Shown piece by piece: positions 28,899 through 40,549 of a stretch of DNA of 64,000 nucleotides (positions are counted from its first letter, which is position 1; each line of letters begins with the position of its first letter). Origin of the DNA: Gammaproteobacteria bacterium. GTDB taxonomy: Bacteria > Pseudomonadota > Gammaproteobacteria > Steroidobacterales > Rariloculaceae. The stretch covers positions 6,811 through 70,810 of the forward strand of contig DASVCR010000054.1 of assembly GCA_036381515.1 (NCBI GenBank), read 5' to 3'. Made by a program: the position numbers and the translations under genes. The notes under the pieces are model-generated. The model was not told the origin of the DNA and searched no databases. It saw only the letters and a list, made by a program, of their open reading frames with translations.

Positions 28899-29117
28899 GT
28901 GAGCGACCTGGGCGAGGGGACCCCTTACGCCTACATCGAATGCGTCCAGACTCTGTATCCCGTGAACGGCGTCGGGACCCCGCTGACTCCGGGTGCGGTG
29001 TTCGAGTACGAGGTCCTGGACATGTTCGGCCGCCCGTGGGCGTACCTCTGGGAGAAGTACCACGAGCAAGGGATGCAGCGGCCGGACCCGGACGAGGATT
29101 TGTTCAACTTCGAATAG
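28899..29117 (+). pseudogene. C-terminal fragment of a secreted hypothetical protein
   Basis: Strongly coding-like 72 aa (IECVQTLYPVNG...DMFGRPWAYLWEKY...DLFNFE) with no RBS or promoter space; begins 2 bp from the HxlR start. Confidence 0.6.
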
Positions 29118-29125
29118 GGCGAGGA

Positions 29126-29152
29126 ACCGCGCGAGCGATTCGCTCGCGCGGT
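29126..29152. terminator. Hairpin between convergent genes
   Basis: ACCGCGCGAGCGA-T-TCGCTCGCGCGGT, 13-bp perfect inverted repeat. Confidence 0.55.
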
Positions 29153-29165
29153 CGTCCCGGCCGAC

Positions 29166-30053
29166 TTACGCCGCGGCACGCAGCTTGAAGAGCTCGATCG
29201 CGTTCTCCTTCAGGATCAGCGGCCGCACCTCGTCGCGAAAATCGGCTTGCTTGAAATCTTCGAGCCATCTGTCGGGCGTGATCAGCGGGTAGTCCGAGCC
29301 GAACAGCACCTTGCGCTTCAGCATCGTGTTCGCGTAGTGCACGAGCTGCGGCGGGAAGTACTTCGGCGACCAGCCCGAGAGATCCAGGTACACCTGGGCC
29401 TTGTGCAGGCACATCGACAGCGCCTCGTCCTGCCACGGCCAGGACGGATGCGCGAGGATGATCGGCATATCCGGGAAATCGACCGCAACGTCGTCGACGT
29501 ACATCGGGTTGCCGTACTTGAGCCTGATTCCGCCGCCGCCGGGCAGTCCGGTGCCCATTCCCGAATGCCCTGTGTGGAATATCGCCGGCAGCTTGTGCTC
29601 CGCGATCACTTCGTAGAGCGGGTACGCAATCTTGTCGTTCGGGAAGAACTCCTGGAACTGCGGATGGAACTTGAAGCCTTTCACGCCGTAATGCTCGATC
29701 AGGCGCCGCGCCTCCCGCGGCGCGTCCTTGCGGGCCGGATCGATACTCGCGAACGCAATCATCACGTCCGCATGCTCGGCTGCCAGCTCCGCGATCTCTT
29801 CGTTCGGTATCGGCTTCACGCCCCGCGCCCGCTCGCCGTCGACCGAGAACACAACGCACGCCATCTTCCGCTCGCGGTAGTAGGCCGCGATCTCGGGGAT
29901 AGTCGGCCGCGGCGTGTCGTGCTTGAAGTATCTCTGCGCCGCCTCCTGGAACTTCGTCGCCTGCGCTTCCCGCGGCTCGCGGACCGATGCCTCGACGTGC
30001 GCGTGCACGTCGAAGGCTACGATCGAGTCGACATCGATACGCTGCGTGCTCAT
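29166..30053 (-). CDS. Amidohydrolase_2 family protein, 4-hydroxyphenyl-beta-ketoacyl-CoA hydrolase (CouO)-like
   Basis: DVHAH, GFKFHP, FHTGHSGMG, GGGIRLKYGNPM, LAHPSWPWQDEALS, DLSGWSPKYF, LFGSDYP. Confidence 0.8.
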   Translation of the reverse strand: MSTQRIDVDSIVAFDVHAHVEASVREPREAQATKFQEAAQRYFKHDTPRPTIPEIAAYYRERKMACVVFSVDGERARGVKPIPNEEIAELAAEHADVMIAFASIDPARKDAPREARRLIEHYGVKGFKFHPQFQEFFPNDKIAYPLYEVIAEHKLPAIFHTGHSGMGTGLPGGGGIRLKYGNPMYVDDVAVDFPDMPIILAHPSWPWQDEALSMCLHKAQVYLDLSGWSPKYFPPQLVHYANTMLKRKVLFGSDYPLITPDRWLEDFKQADFRDEVRPLILKENAIELFKLRAAA

Positions 30054-30173
30054 GCGGAACAACCTCCGTCAATTCGAATTCCCGGAAAAAATGGTCGGAA
30101 AGGGCAGCTCCCGTTTTCCGCGGGAGGCGGGCGAGCCCATTCTCACCGCGTCCGCGGTTGCCGCGGCCGATTG

Positions 30174-30188
30174 GTTATATGGTATAAC
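30174..30188. promoter_or_regulatory. CouR-type operator palindrome
   Basis: GTTATA-TGG-TATAAC between the divergent hydrolase and MarR genes. Confidence 0.75.
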
Positions 30189-30235
30189 TTCTTCCGTCGG
30201 CATCCCAATGGGTCGTGGAGCTGACGGGCCGTCCG

Positions 30236-30835
30236 ATGCGAGAATCTGCCAATCCACGCCGGAGCCGCCGTCTGGGCGGGCTCGCCGAGCAGCCGGCCGC
30301 AAATCTGGTGCGGAACCCGGCACGCGGCGCCTCGCGGGTCGCGCAGAGACAAGGTCGGGAGGTTCGCCTTGGGAGCCTCGCGAATCAGATCGGTTACGCG
30401 CTGCGCCGAGCGCAGCTTGCCGTGTTCGCCGATCTGATCGACGCACTCGCGAAGTTCGATCTCACGCCGGCGAAATTCAGCGTCCTAGCCGTCATTCACG
30501 AGAATCCCGGCGTGCGGCCGTCCGAGGTCGGGCGCGCGCTCGATATCAAGAAGACGAACTTCGTGCCGCTCCTCGATTCGCTCGAGCGGCGCGGGCTCGT
30601 CGTTCGCCGTCCGGCGGCCGAGGACCGCCGTGCGGTCGAATTGCACCTGACGGCGGAAGGTCGGGCGCTGCTGCAGCGGGCGAATCAGGCACAAGCGAGG
30701 CACGAGACGAAGTTCGTCGCGCGTCTGGGTGAGAGAGGCCGCACGGAGCTCCTCGAGCTTCTCGAACGGCTCACGACGGATCACGATGCCGCGAACTGCG
30801 TCGGAAGCAAGCCTTCAGGAAAAGGAAAGCGATGA
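30236..30835 (+). CDS. MarR family regulator (CouR-like)
   Basis: IGYALRRAQLAVF, FSVLAVIHENPG, IKKTNFVPLLDSLERRGLV, EDRRAVELHLT; start uncertain. Confidence 0.85.
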   Translation: MRESANPRRSRRLGGLAEQPAANLVRNPARGASRVAQRQGREVRLGSLANQIGYALRRAQLAVFADLIDALAKFDLTPAKFSVLAVIHENPGVRPSEVGRALDIKKTNFVPLLDSLERRGLVVRRPAAEDRRAVELHLTAEGRALLQRANQAQARHETKFVARLGERGRTELLELLERLTTDHDAANCVGSKPSGKGKR

Positions 30836-32943
30836 GCAACGAAGTCGTCTCCGTCACCGTCGACGACGGCATCGCCGTCGTCGTGATCGATAATCCGCCG
30901 GTCAATACGATCACCGCAGCCGTTCGCGAGGGCCTTACGAAAGCGCTCGATCGGATCCGGTCGAACGACGTCAAAGCCGTCGTCATACGCTGCGCCGGCT
31001 CCACCTTCCTTTCGGGCGCCGATATCAACGAGTTCGAAGGCCCGCCGCGCGAGGAGGAGTACCGGCGGCTCTTCAACAACTACGAGCAGCTCAGCGTACC
31101 CGTCGTCGCGGCGATGCACGGCACCGTGCTCGGCGGCGGCCTCGAGTTCGCGCTCGCGTGCCACTACCGAGTCGCCGCGCCGCGCACGCGGGTGGGCCTG
31201 CCCGAGGTGTCGCTCGGGATCATCCCCGGCGCGGGCGGTACGCAGCGCATGCCTAGGCTGATCGGCGTCGAGAAGACGATCGATCTGGTGCTGAGCGCCC
31301 GCCCGATCGAAGCGCCTGCGGCGCTCGAGCTCGGCATCATCGACCGCATCGTCGAAGGCGATCTCGCCGCGGGTGCAGTAGCGTTCGCGCGTGAGCTCGT
31401 CGCCAACGGCAAGGGCCCGCGGCGCACCGGTGAGATGACCGTCGATCCTGCGACGGCGACCGACGAGATCATTTCGCGGATGATCGAGCGGGCGAAGCGC
31501 GAGTATCCGAATCGCGAAGCGCCATTCACCGCGATCGAGGCGATTCGTGCGTCTGCGCGCTTGCCGCTCGACAAGGGCCTCGAATACGAGACCGAGCTCG
31601 CGAACAAGTCGAAGGCGACGATCGAGGCGAAGGCGTCGATCCACGTGTTCTTCGCCGAGCGCGAAAGCCGAAAGGTTCCGGATCTGCCGCCCGATACAAA
31701 GCCGCGGCCGGTCGAACGCGCAGGTATAGTCGGCTGCGGAACGATGGGCTCCGGCATCGCGATCTGCTTCGCGAACGCGAACATCCCCGTGACCGTGCTC
31801 GAGGCGAACGAGCAGGCGCTCGAGAAGGGGCTCGCGCAGATCGACTCGATCCTCGAGTCGCGCGTGAAGCGCGGCCGCACGACGGCCGACGAGAAGGCGC
31901 AGCGCCTCGCTCTGATCCGCGGCACGCTCGATTACGACGATCTTCGCGATGCCGACGTGATCATCGAGGCCGTGCTCGAGCGCATGGATCTGAAACAGCA
32001 AGTCTTCAAGCGGCTCGACGAGGTCGCGAAGCCGGGCGCGGTGCTCGCGACGAACACGTCGACGCTCGACATCGAAGAGATCGCGTCCGTCGTGCGCAGG
32101 CCCGAGGACGTGATCGGCATGCATTTCTTCTCGCCGGCGAACGTCATGCCGCTCCTCGAGGTCGTGCGCACGTCGAAGACGTCGCCGGAGACCATCGCGA
32201 CCGTGATGGCGTTATCCAGGCCGCTTCGCAAGACGCCCGTGCTCGCGAAAGTCTGCTACGGCTTCATCGGAAACCGGATGATGGAGGGCTACGCGCGCGA
32301 GGCCGAGCGCATCGTGCTCGAAGGCGCGACGCCGCGCCAGGTCGACACGGTGCTCGAGAACTTCGGCATGGCGATGGGCATCCTCGCGGTCTTCGACATG
32401 GCGGGCGTCGACGTCGGCGTCAACGTGCACAAGGCGAACGCCGACAAGTATCCGCCGGACCCGACGTACTATCAGGCCGACTTCGCGCTCTACGAGGCCG
32501 GCCGACTCGGACAGAAGACCGGTAAGGGCTACTATCGCTACGAGCCCGGCGACCGTACGCGTTATGACGACCCCGAGGCGATCGAGATCCTTCGCAAGCG
32601 TGCGAACGAGCTAGGCATCGAGCAGCGCGAGCACAGCGACGAGGAGATCCTCGAGCGCTGTCTCTACCCGCTGCTGAACGAAGGCATTCGTATCCTCGAC
32701 GAAGGCATCGCGCTCAGAGCGAGCGACATCGACGTCGTCTGGACGTCGGGCTACGGCTTCCCGCGTTATCGCGGCGGCCCGATGTTCTATGCAGACACGA
32801 TCGGGCTGCCGAAGCTGCTCGACGGGATGCGCAAGTACCGCGAGCGGTTCGGGCCGATGCACTGGGAGCCGTCGCCGCTGCTCGTACGGCTCGTCGAAGA
32901 GGGCAAGACGCTCGCCCAGTGGGATCGCGAGCGGCGCGAGTGA
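30832..32943 (+). CDS. Bifunctional enoyl-CoA hydratase / 3-hydroxyacyl-CoA dehydrogenase
   Basis: NPPVN, LGGGLEFALACHYR, GLPEVSLGIIPGAGGTQR, GCGTMG, ATNTSTLD, GMHFFSPANVM. Confidence 0.93.
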   Translation: MSNEVVSVTVDDGIAVVVIDNPPVNTITAAVREGLTKALDRIRSNDVKAVVIRCAGSTFLSGADINEFEGPPREEEYRRLFNNYEQLSVPVVAAMHGTVLGGGLEFALACHYRVAAPRTRVGLPEVSLGIIPGAGGTQRMPRLIGVEKTIDLVLSARPIEAPAALELGIIDRIVEGDLAAGAVAFARELVANGKGPRRTGEMTVDPATATDEIISRMIERAKREYPNREAPFTAIEAIRASARLPLDKGLEYETELANKSKATIEAKASIHVFFAERESRKVPDLPPDTKPRPVERAGIVGCGTMGSGIAICFANANIPVTVLEANEQALEKGLAQIDSILESRVKRGRTTADEKAQRLALIRGTLDYDDLRDADVIIEAVLERMDLKQQVFKRLDEVAKPGAVLATNTSTLDIEEIASVVRRPEDVIGMHFFSPANVMPLLEVVRTSKTSPETIATVMALSRPLRKTPVLAKVCYGFIGNRMMEGYAREAERIVLEGATPRQVDTVLENFGMAMGILAVFDMAGVDVGVNVHKANADKYPPDPTYYQADFALYEAGRLGQKTGKGYYRYEPGDRTRYDDPEAIEILRKRANELGIEQREHSDEEILERCLYPLLNEGIRILDEGIALRASDIDVVWTSGYGFPRYRGGPMFYADTIGLPKLLDGMRKYRERFGPMHWEPSPLLVRLVEEGKTLAQWDRERRE

Positions 32944-32956
32944 TGATTCAACGGTG

Positions 32957-32999
32957 TGGTGCCGTCGCGCGCCGGTGTCGCCGAGCGCGCGACGGTACC
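32957..32999. terminator. GC-rich hairpin between convergent genes
   Basis: GGTGCCGTCGCGCGC ... GCGCGCGACGGTACC. Confidence 0.45.
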
Positions 33000-33000
33000 T

Positions 33001-34465
<1,465 letters not shown>

Positions 34466-34478
34466 GGGGGAGTGACAG

Positions 34479-35378
34479 TTGGCGACGACGGCGACCGAGC
34501 ACCGGATCGAGCGGTTTTTCCTGTACGGCGAGCCGGCGGCGGCATGGGGCGAGCGTCTCCTCCATATCGAGACGATCGCGGTGCGAAGCGCGCGATACGA
34601 TTGGAGAATTCGCCCGCATATGCACGCCGCGCTGCACCAGCTCCTGTTCGTCGCGAAGGGCAGGGTGGCCGCGATCGCCGAGGACACGTTGGTCCGGCAT
34701 CGTGCGCCAGCGCTGATCGTCGTGCCGGCCGGCACCGTGCACGGTTTCGAGTTCGAGCCGGAGACGGAAGGCTACGTCCTGTCGATCACCGACGACCTGC
34801 TGCAGGATCTCGCGCGGCGGGAGGCGGGCATCGGTCGGCTGTTCGACGTGCCGATGACGCTTGCATGCTCTCGATCCGCGGTCGGCGATCTCGAGCATAT
34901 GTTCGCCGCGTTCGCGCAAGAGTTCGAGCGGAGGGATCCGGCTCGGATGCTCGCGCTCGAGGGCTGGCTCGCCGTCGTGCTCGCGCGAGTGCTGCGATTG
35001 TCGCAGGCGTTCGAGAGGACGTGCGACGCGGACCTGCGGCGACGCCGAGCGCTCGTGGCACGCTTTCGCGAGCTGATCGCGCGTAACCTCGGCGAGGGCA
35101 AGACCATTGCGGAGTACGCGGCGGCGCTCTACGTCTCGGAGTCGCAACTCCGCAAGGCGTGCCTTTCGGTCGCGGAGCAGTCGCCGATCAAGCTCGTGCA
35201 CGGCCGCGTGCTGCTCGAGGCGAAGCGTCAGCTGCTCTACACGAGCAAGCCGGTGAGCGAGATCGCGTACGCTCTCGGATTCGACGATCCGGCATACTTC
35301 ACGCGCTTTTTCTCGCGGCGGACCGGGATGTCACCGCGCGCGTATCGGGCTCGCGGCCCGGCTTCGCTGCCGGCGTAA
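34479..35378 (+). CDS. pobR: AraC family regulator, PobR type
   Basis: FFLYGE, LHIETIAVRS, WRIRPHMH, VHGFEF, LLEAKRQLLYT, LGFDDPAYFTRFF; divergent from pobA. Confidence 0.85.
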   Translation: MATTATEHRIERFFLYGEPAAAWGERLLHIETIAVRSARYDWRIRPHMHAALHQLLFVAKGRVAAIAEDTLVRHRAPALIVVPAGTVHGFEFEPETEGYVLSITDDLLQDLARREAGIGRLFDVPMTLACSRSAVGDLEHMFAAFAQEFERRDPARMLALEGWLAVVLARVLRLSQAFERTCDADLRRRRALVARFRELIARNLGEGKTIAEYAAALYVSESQLRKACLSVAEQSPIKLVHGRVLLEAKRQLLYTSKPVSEIAYALGFDDPAYFTRFFSRRTGMSPRAYRARGPASLPA

Positions 35379-35429
35379 TGGTCACTTATACGCGCTATCC
35401 GCCGCGGGCCGCCCCCGGGCACGGCTTGC

Positions 35430-35894
35430 TCAGGGATTCGCTATTACGTTTGCGTGCCGCACGAACAGGCGCCACGTTCCCTCTTCGTTCTTCCAGATGT
35501 TCGTGAACCGGCGCCTGACGGTGCGCCCGGACGAGAGCCCGGCGCTCGGCGCGTCGCTCCGCGGCTCCACGGTTTCGACGCCCATGACGATCACGTAGTC
35601 GCCGTCCGCGCGGACGAACTCGTACTCACGATCGAACGTCGCGAAGTCGATGATGCCGGAATGTACGAACGCATCGAGGACCGCCCGCCGCCCGACCACC
35701 ACCTCATTGTTCGGCGCGTTGACCGTAAAGTCCTCGGACCAGAGCCGCTCGAGCGTCGGCAAATCGCGCGTCAGGGCCGCGATTCGTTCCTGGTCGTCGA
35801 GCGCGCGCACGCGCTCTTCATCCGCATTTTGGGCTGTTGCGACCATGCCGTGCGCCGCGGCGACGAAGAAAATCAGGGCTAGTGTAACTCTCAT
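35430..35894 (-). CDS. Secreted NTF2-like / DUF4440 protein
   Basis: Signal peptide, LERLWSEDFTVNAP, RRFTNIWK, WRLFVRHA. Confidence 0.75.
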   Translation of the reverse strand: MRVTLALIFFVAAAHGMVATAQNADEERVRALDDQERIAALTRDLPTLERLWSEDFTVNAPNNEVVVGRRAVLDAFVHSGIIDFATFDREYEFVRADGDYVIVMGVETVEPRSDAPSAGLSSGRTVRRRFTNIWKNEEGTWRLFVRHANVIANP

Positions 35895-36020
35895 AGTCGA
35901 GTCTCCGCGATGAGATTTCCCCCACGGACGGCTACTCCTCTCCCGAACCGCGAGGAATAATATCGGCCGTCACGGCTCATCACTCGCCCGTGAATGACGC
36001 GCTTCGACTGAGAGAGACAC

Positions 36021-36962
36021 ATGCTCCTGACGACCGACAGCGTCTCCACCCGTGAGCGAGCGGAGTTCTGGACGGACCTCATCAGCCGGAACGTTACGCC
36101 GATCGCGATCGAGCCGGGCGCCTCACGACCTTTGCGGGGCGAGATTCGAGCGCGAGCCGTGGGCGGCCTCGTCATCGCGCAAGTGTCGGGGCAGGGAGTC
36201 CGCGCCTCGCATACGCGCGCCCACATCGCCCGAGCACGCAGTCACGTCTATAGCGCCTGCGTGCACATTGCAGGACACGCGCTGATCTCGCGCGGCTCCG
36301 AGATGATTGCGCTCGAGCCGGGCGACGTCTTCATTACCGACAGCCGCGCTCTGTTCACGCTCGATCTCGACCGACCGTGGCGACATCTCGACCTCACGCT
36401 GCCGACCGGCTGGCTCGATGGTCGCCTCGTGCACGCGAGGCCGCTCGCGGGCGTCGTGCTGCGCGATCGGCCGCTCGCCCGCCTTTGGGCCAGCCACCTG
36501 GCCGCCGGATTCGCGCTAGCCGAAGAGCTATCGCCCGACGCCGCGACGCTCTTCGCGCGCCATTCGGTCGAGCTCCTGGCGCAGCTTCTCGACGAATCGC
36601 GAACCGGCGACGCCGCCATGACGGAAGCATCGGGCGCTGCGACCTTCATGAGCGCGTGCCGGGTCATCGCAACGAGGTGCACGGATCCGCTTCTCACGCC
36701 CGCGACCATCGCACGGGAGATCGGCGTATCGAGCCGCACGCTCGCGAGAGCGTTCGCCGCTCGCAACGAAACGGTCATGCGGCGCGTCTTCGACGAGCGG
36801 ATCGCCCGAGCAGCAAGGTTGCTTGCGTCTCCGGAATACGACCGACGGTCGATTACCGATATCGCGCTTGCTTGCGGGTTCAATGACCCGTCGCACTTCG
36901 GGCGCGTCTTCTTCCGCAAGATGCAAATGACGCCCTCGCAGTGGCGGCGGCGAACCCGATGA
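36021..36962 (+). CDS. AraC family regulator (FeaR-like N-terminal domain)
   Basis: STRERAEFW, LEPGD, IAREIGVSSRTLARAF, SITDIALACGFNDPSHFGRVF. Confidence 0.9.
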   Translation: MLLTTDSVSTRERAEFWTDLISRNVTPIAIEPGASRPLRGEIRARAVGGLVIAQVSGQGVRASHTRAHIARARSHVYSACVHIAGHALISRGSEMIALEPGDVFITDSRALFTLDLDRPWRHLDLTLPTGWLDGRLVHARPLAGVVLRDRPLARLWASHLAAGFALAEELSPDAATLFARHSVELLAQLLDESRTGDAAMTEASGAATFMSACRVIATRCTDPLLTPATIAREIGVSSRTLARAFAARNETVMRRVFDERIARAARLLASPEYDRRSITDIALACGFNDPSHFGRVFFRKMQMTPSQWRRRTR

Positions 36963-36996
36963 GTGCACGATCGGCCGACGGGCTGCCGTGGACTCG

Positions 36997-38004
36997 TCAG
37001 CGCGCGTCTACTGCGCCGACGAGCTCGAGGTTGAAGCCGTTCGGATCCTTGACGAAGACGTTGCGCAACGTGGGGCTCCACTCGACGAGCTCGCCGTCCT
37101 TGGAGATCACGCGCACGCCCGCGTCTTTGAGCCTTTGCAGCAGAGCGTCGATGTGCGCGACGCGAATCGCCATGCCGGCAGCGCCCGGGTCGGGAACGCG
37201 CAAATCGAACGGCATGCTCGGCACGGCGCGAAACTCGATGAGCTCGACGCGCGCCGTGCTGCCCGGCACGACGCCGTGCGCCGTCCTGAACTCGATTCGG
37301 CCTTTCACGCCCATGAGGTCGAGCATGGATGCGTCGTTCGAGTAATCCGCATCGGCCTCTAAATCGAAGCCGAGCAGCCCGTTCCAGAACGCGAGCGACG
37401 CATCGAGATCGGCGACCGTGATGCCCATGATCGCCCCGACGACGTTGCCGGCCGGCGCATCGGCGGGAATCTCCGTTTCGTCGACTTCGACGACCTCGAC
37501 GAGGTAACCGTCGGGGTCGCGGCAGAGGATCGCTTCGACCTTCCCGAGCGCCGTCGTGACCGGGACGGGCGCGGCGGAGCGCGTGACGATCGGCGCACGG
37601 CGCTCGTCCAGCGCCGCGACGACGGGCGCGAGATCGCGCACGAGAATCTTCATGTGCGGCGCGCCGGGGTCTACGATCGAGGGCTGCGCGGGCCGCCTCT
37701 CGACGTTCGAGAATTCCGTGAGCTCGAAGTTGAAGCCGCGGCCCGGCAGCGGGAGCATCGCGATACGCAGGCTCACGCCCGGCGAGTCCGTGAGGGCGGC
37801 GACGGCCGGATTCGTGAACGCGCGCGGCTCCGCTGTCAGGCCGAAGACCTCGGAGTAGAACTCGAGGGTCGTCTCGAGACGCTCGGTGGCGTGAATCGCA
37901 TGCATGAAGCCGACCGTCGCCCCGCCCTCCGAAGCGGACGGCGGCTGAGCGCCGGCAACGCCGACTGTTAACGCGACGAGCGCTACGAGCGGCCACGAGC
38001 GCAT
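36997..38004 (-). CDS. Secreted two-domain VOC (glyoxalase-like) protein
   Basis: Signal peptide; FELTEF, RDPDGYLVEV, GITVADLDASLAFW, KDPNGFNLEL. Confidence 0.85.
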   Translation of the reverse strand: MRSWPLVALVALTVGVAGAQPPSASEGGATVGFMHAIHATERLETTLEFYSEVFGLTAEPRAFTNPAVAALTDSPGVSLRIAMLPLPGRGFNFELTEFSNVERRPAQPSIVDPGAPHMKILVRDLAPVVAALDERRAPIVTRSAAPVPVTTALGKVEAILCRDPDGYLVEVVEVDETEIPADAPAGNVVGAIMGITVADLDASLAFWNGLLGFDLEADADYSNDASMLDLMGVKGRIEFRTAHGVVPGSTARVELIEFRAVPSMPFDLRVPDPGAAGMAIRVAHIDALLQRLKDAGVRVISKDGELVEWSPTLRNVFVKDPNGFNLELVGAVDAR

Positions 38005-38222
38005 GAGCCCACCTCCATTCCTGCGTCGGCGCGCGTGCGGCGCACTCTTGCGCCCGCATGCGAGCGAACGATGCGGTCTCGACGAAAACTACGACGTGGG
38101 ACATGTTCCAGGCTGGACGAGACTCGCCACGGGCGAGTCTCGCAGCCTGCTCCGCCGGGCACTGCCCCGCGGCCGGTGCGCCGTCCCGAACGTCATAGGC
38201 CCACTATTCGCCGATTCTGGTT

Positions 38223-38448
38223 ATGAGAACTCGGGATGGCAAGCGTCCCGTGCCGGCGGAGCCGGACGGGCCGCACCGTGAGGTGGCCGAGCCTCGTGGT
38301 CACAAGCAGCGTGGCGAAGAAGCTTGGTCTGCTCGTGGCGGCGGACACGAATACGCGGTCGGGAAAGGCGCGAAATGCTCGCGAGTACGGAACACAGATC
38401 GTAGCGGAGGGGCGGTTCTGGCGCATGTTGAGGGTGACGGTCATATGA
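38223..38448 (+). pseudogene. BRCT-domain C-terminal fragment
   Basis: LVVTSSVAKKLGLLVAADTNTRSGKARNAREYGTQIVAEGRFW resembles the BRCT pattern; upstream part out of frame or missing. Confidence 0.6.
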
Positions 38449-38467
38449 GGCACAGGGGAAACGCGTG

Positions 38468-38870
38468 ATGTCTGACTTGATCTTGCGTGACGACAAAGGG
38501 CGCCTGCGATTTCGGTGGTCTTCACTGATTGCCGTACCTCCAACCCGAAACAGCTGGCCTTATCGACGCCTGAGGCACGTTTGGTTTGACCACACCTGGC
38601 CGAGTCGTCCGTTCTTCACGCCGGGATCGGAGATACACCTCACGGCGACGCTCTTCGAAAACTTCACGATCTTCGACCCTGCTGATTGGATACCCGCGTT
38701 TCTGAGAGCCGCGGGGTTCACATCGCAGATTGACGGTATACATGCGGCGAACTGGGGCTACGAGATACACGACGCACCATCGAACAAGCTTGCGGACGCT
38801 GCGATTCACTATCGCGATGCCGCCGGGGATGGAATCATCGTGGTGGAAGCGAAGAAGAGGGGCGGCTCTA
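38468..38870 (+). pseudogene. Truncated protein with PD-(D/E)xK-like motif
   Basis: GYE...LADAAIHY...GIIVVEAK, then the frame runs into the TetR leader. Confidence 0.45.
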
Positions 38871-38892
38871 CTCGCTTTTTCGGGGCACGGGA

Positions 38893-39200
38893 ATGGCGCG
38901 CAGAGCGGCCACTAAACCCAGGAAAATCGCGTCGCAGCAGCGGTCGCGGGCGACGGTGGACGCGCTCGTCGAAGCAACTGCTCGCGTTCTCGTGAGGGAA
39001 AGCTTCGACAAGGCCAGCACCAATCGCATCGCCGAAGTGGCCGGCGTCAGCGTCGGCTCCCTCACCAATACTTTCCGGGCAAGGAGGCGCTCGTCGCCGC
39101 CGTCATCGAGCGTCACCAGCAGGAGCTCATGCAATTCGTGCGGGACCAGCTCGGAGAGGTGTTGACGGAGCCCGTGGACAAGGCGATGCGCAAGCTCGCG
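38893..39200 (+). pseudogene. Frameshifted, truncated TetR family regulator
   Basis: QQRSRATVDALVEATARVL...STNRIAEVAGVSVGSL, then (Y)QYFPGKEALVAAVIERHQQE continues in another frame after a 1-bp loss near 39064; C-terminus missing. Confidence 0.85.
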
Positions 39201-39262
39201 TCGTCCGCGCTTTTCGGCTCGTCGAGGCGTATGTTCCGGCGTCTGCCCCGCACCGATCGACC

Positions 39263-39610
39263 GTGATCGCGCACATGAACAGGACGCACTTCTGCGGGGC
39301 GACACAGGAGGCCAGGCGCTTCGTCATCCATGGGCTTGCCAGCGAGGAGCCGCCGAGAAGCCTCGCCGACTTACCGCTGATCGTCTTGAGCCGCGGCCTG
39401 CCGGACCCGGGCGAGCCGGGCGATCCTCCAGACGCACTCGAACGCTGGGAAGCCATCTGGCTCGAGCTCCAGGCCGAGCTCGCGGCATTGTCCAGCCGCG
39501 GCGAGCTCCGTATCGTCGCCGACGCTGGGCACAACATTCACCTCGATCGGCCGGACGCGGTCATCGCGGCGATTCGGGAAGTGGTCGCGGCGGCGAAGCG
39601 CGCGGACTGA
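39263..39610 (+). pseudogene. Alpha/beta hydrolase C-terminal fragment
   Basis: LADLPLIVLSRG...LAALSSRGELRIVADAGHNIHLDRPDAVIAAIREVV; nucleophile elbow absent. Confidence 0.75.
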
Positions 39611-39712
39611 TCAGGGGAGGGCTGCCAGCCCAATTGTTGCTGGTGGCAAGACCGCGCCTTCACACCTTCGAGACGGAGACTTCTGATTACCGTTGGGAGG
39701 CTGCGAATCGAA

Positions 39713-40465
39713 ATGCTTCGCGCAGAAGACTTCCGTCTGGCCACCCGCCGTTTGCGAAATAGCATCGGTACGACGTTCGCGTCGGTGCTTGCGCTCGCAT
39801 GCGGAATCGGCGCCGCGGCCGCAACGTGGTCTTTACTTTCCTCGGTGCTGATAAATCCCCTCGCGGTGCGGGACCCGGACCGCCTGTTCGTCGTGGAAGC
39901 ACAATAGCCTCAGCTGCCGGGCCTGCAATGGGACGCCACCATGACATATCCGGATTTCGAGGCGGCACGCCGCGATGCGCGAGGTAGCTGCGGTCATCGA
40001 GAGCATGGATCCGCGTGTGACGCCCGTGCAGATGTCGACGCTCGACGAGCAGATCGGTCGTCAGATGAATGCGCAGCGGTTCGGCATGTACGTGCTGGGC
40101 ACGCTCGGCGGCATCGCGCTTTTGCTGACGGCGCTTGGCACTTACGTCGTTGCGGAGTCAATGGTCGTCCGGAGACGCCGAGAAATGAGCATCCGCGCGG
40201 CGCTCGGTGCCGGCGCTTCGGAGCTCCGCGGCCAGTTGTAGGTGACACGGCACGAGTCGTCGGCGTCGGCATCGTCGGAGGTCTCCTGCTCAGTGTTCTT
40301 TGCGCACGACTGATTCGCTCGCTGCTCTATCAGGTGGAGCCGCTCGACCCGACGGTTCTGGGGACGGTGTCCGGGATCATCTTCGGGTTGGCCTTGCTCG
40401 TTAGTCTGCGTCCAGCGGTCGAGGTGACACGGTTCGATCTTGCGCGGTCATTGCGCGAGGAGTGA
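39713..40465 (+). pseudogene. Internally deleted FtsX/MacB-like ABC permease
   Basis: N-terminus DFRLATRRLR...LALACGIGAAAATWS...PLAVRDPDRL then stop; C-terminus RRREMSIRAALGA, frameshift, LLYQVEPLDP...LREE; most of the middle missing. Confidence 0.8.
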
Positions 40466-40549
40466 TGGATGGGTCGTTGGGTGCGCCCCCAAACTGGTCA
40501 CCACGAGCCGCACCAAAGGTGAATTGCGCGCCCGAGGTAGAATTTCGGC

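Noticed and set aside
39627..39698. Integron attC site (GCCCAAT ... GTTGGGA) in the fragment zone
   Set aside because: Core sites are imperfect, there are no complementary L boxes, the pattern does not recur between the other fragments, and no integrase is present.
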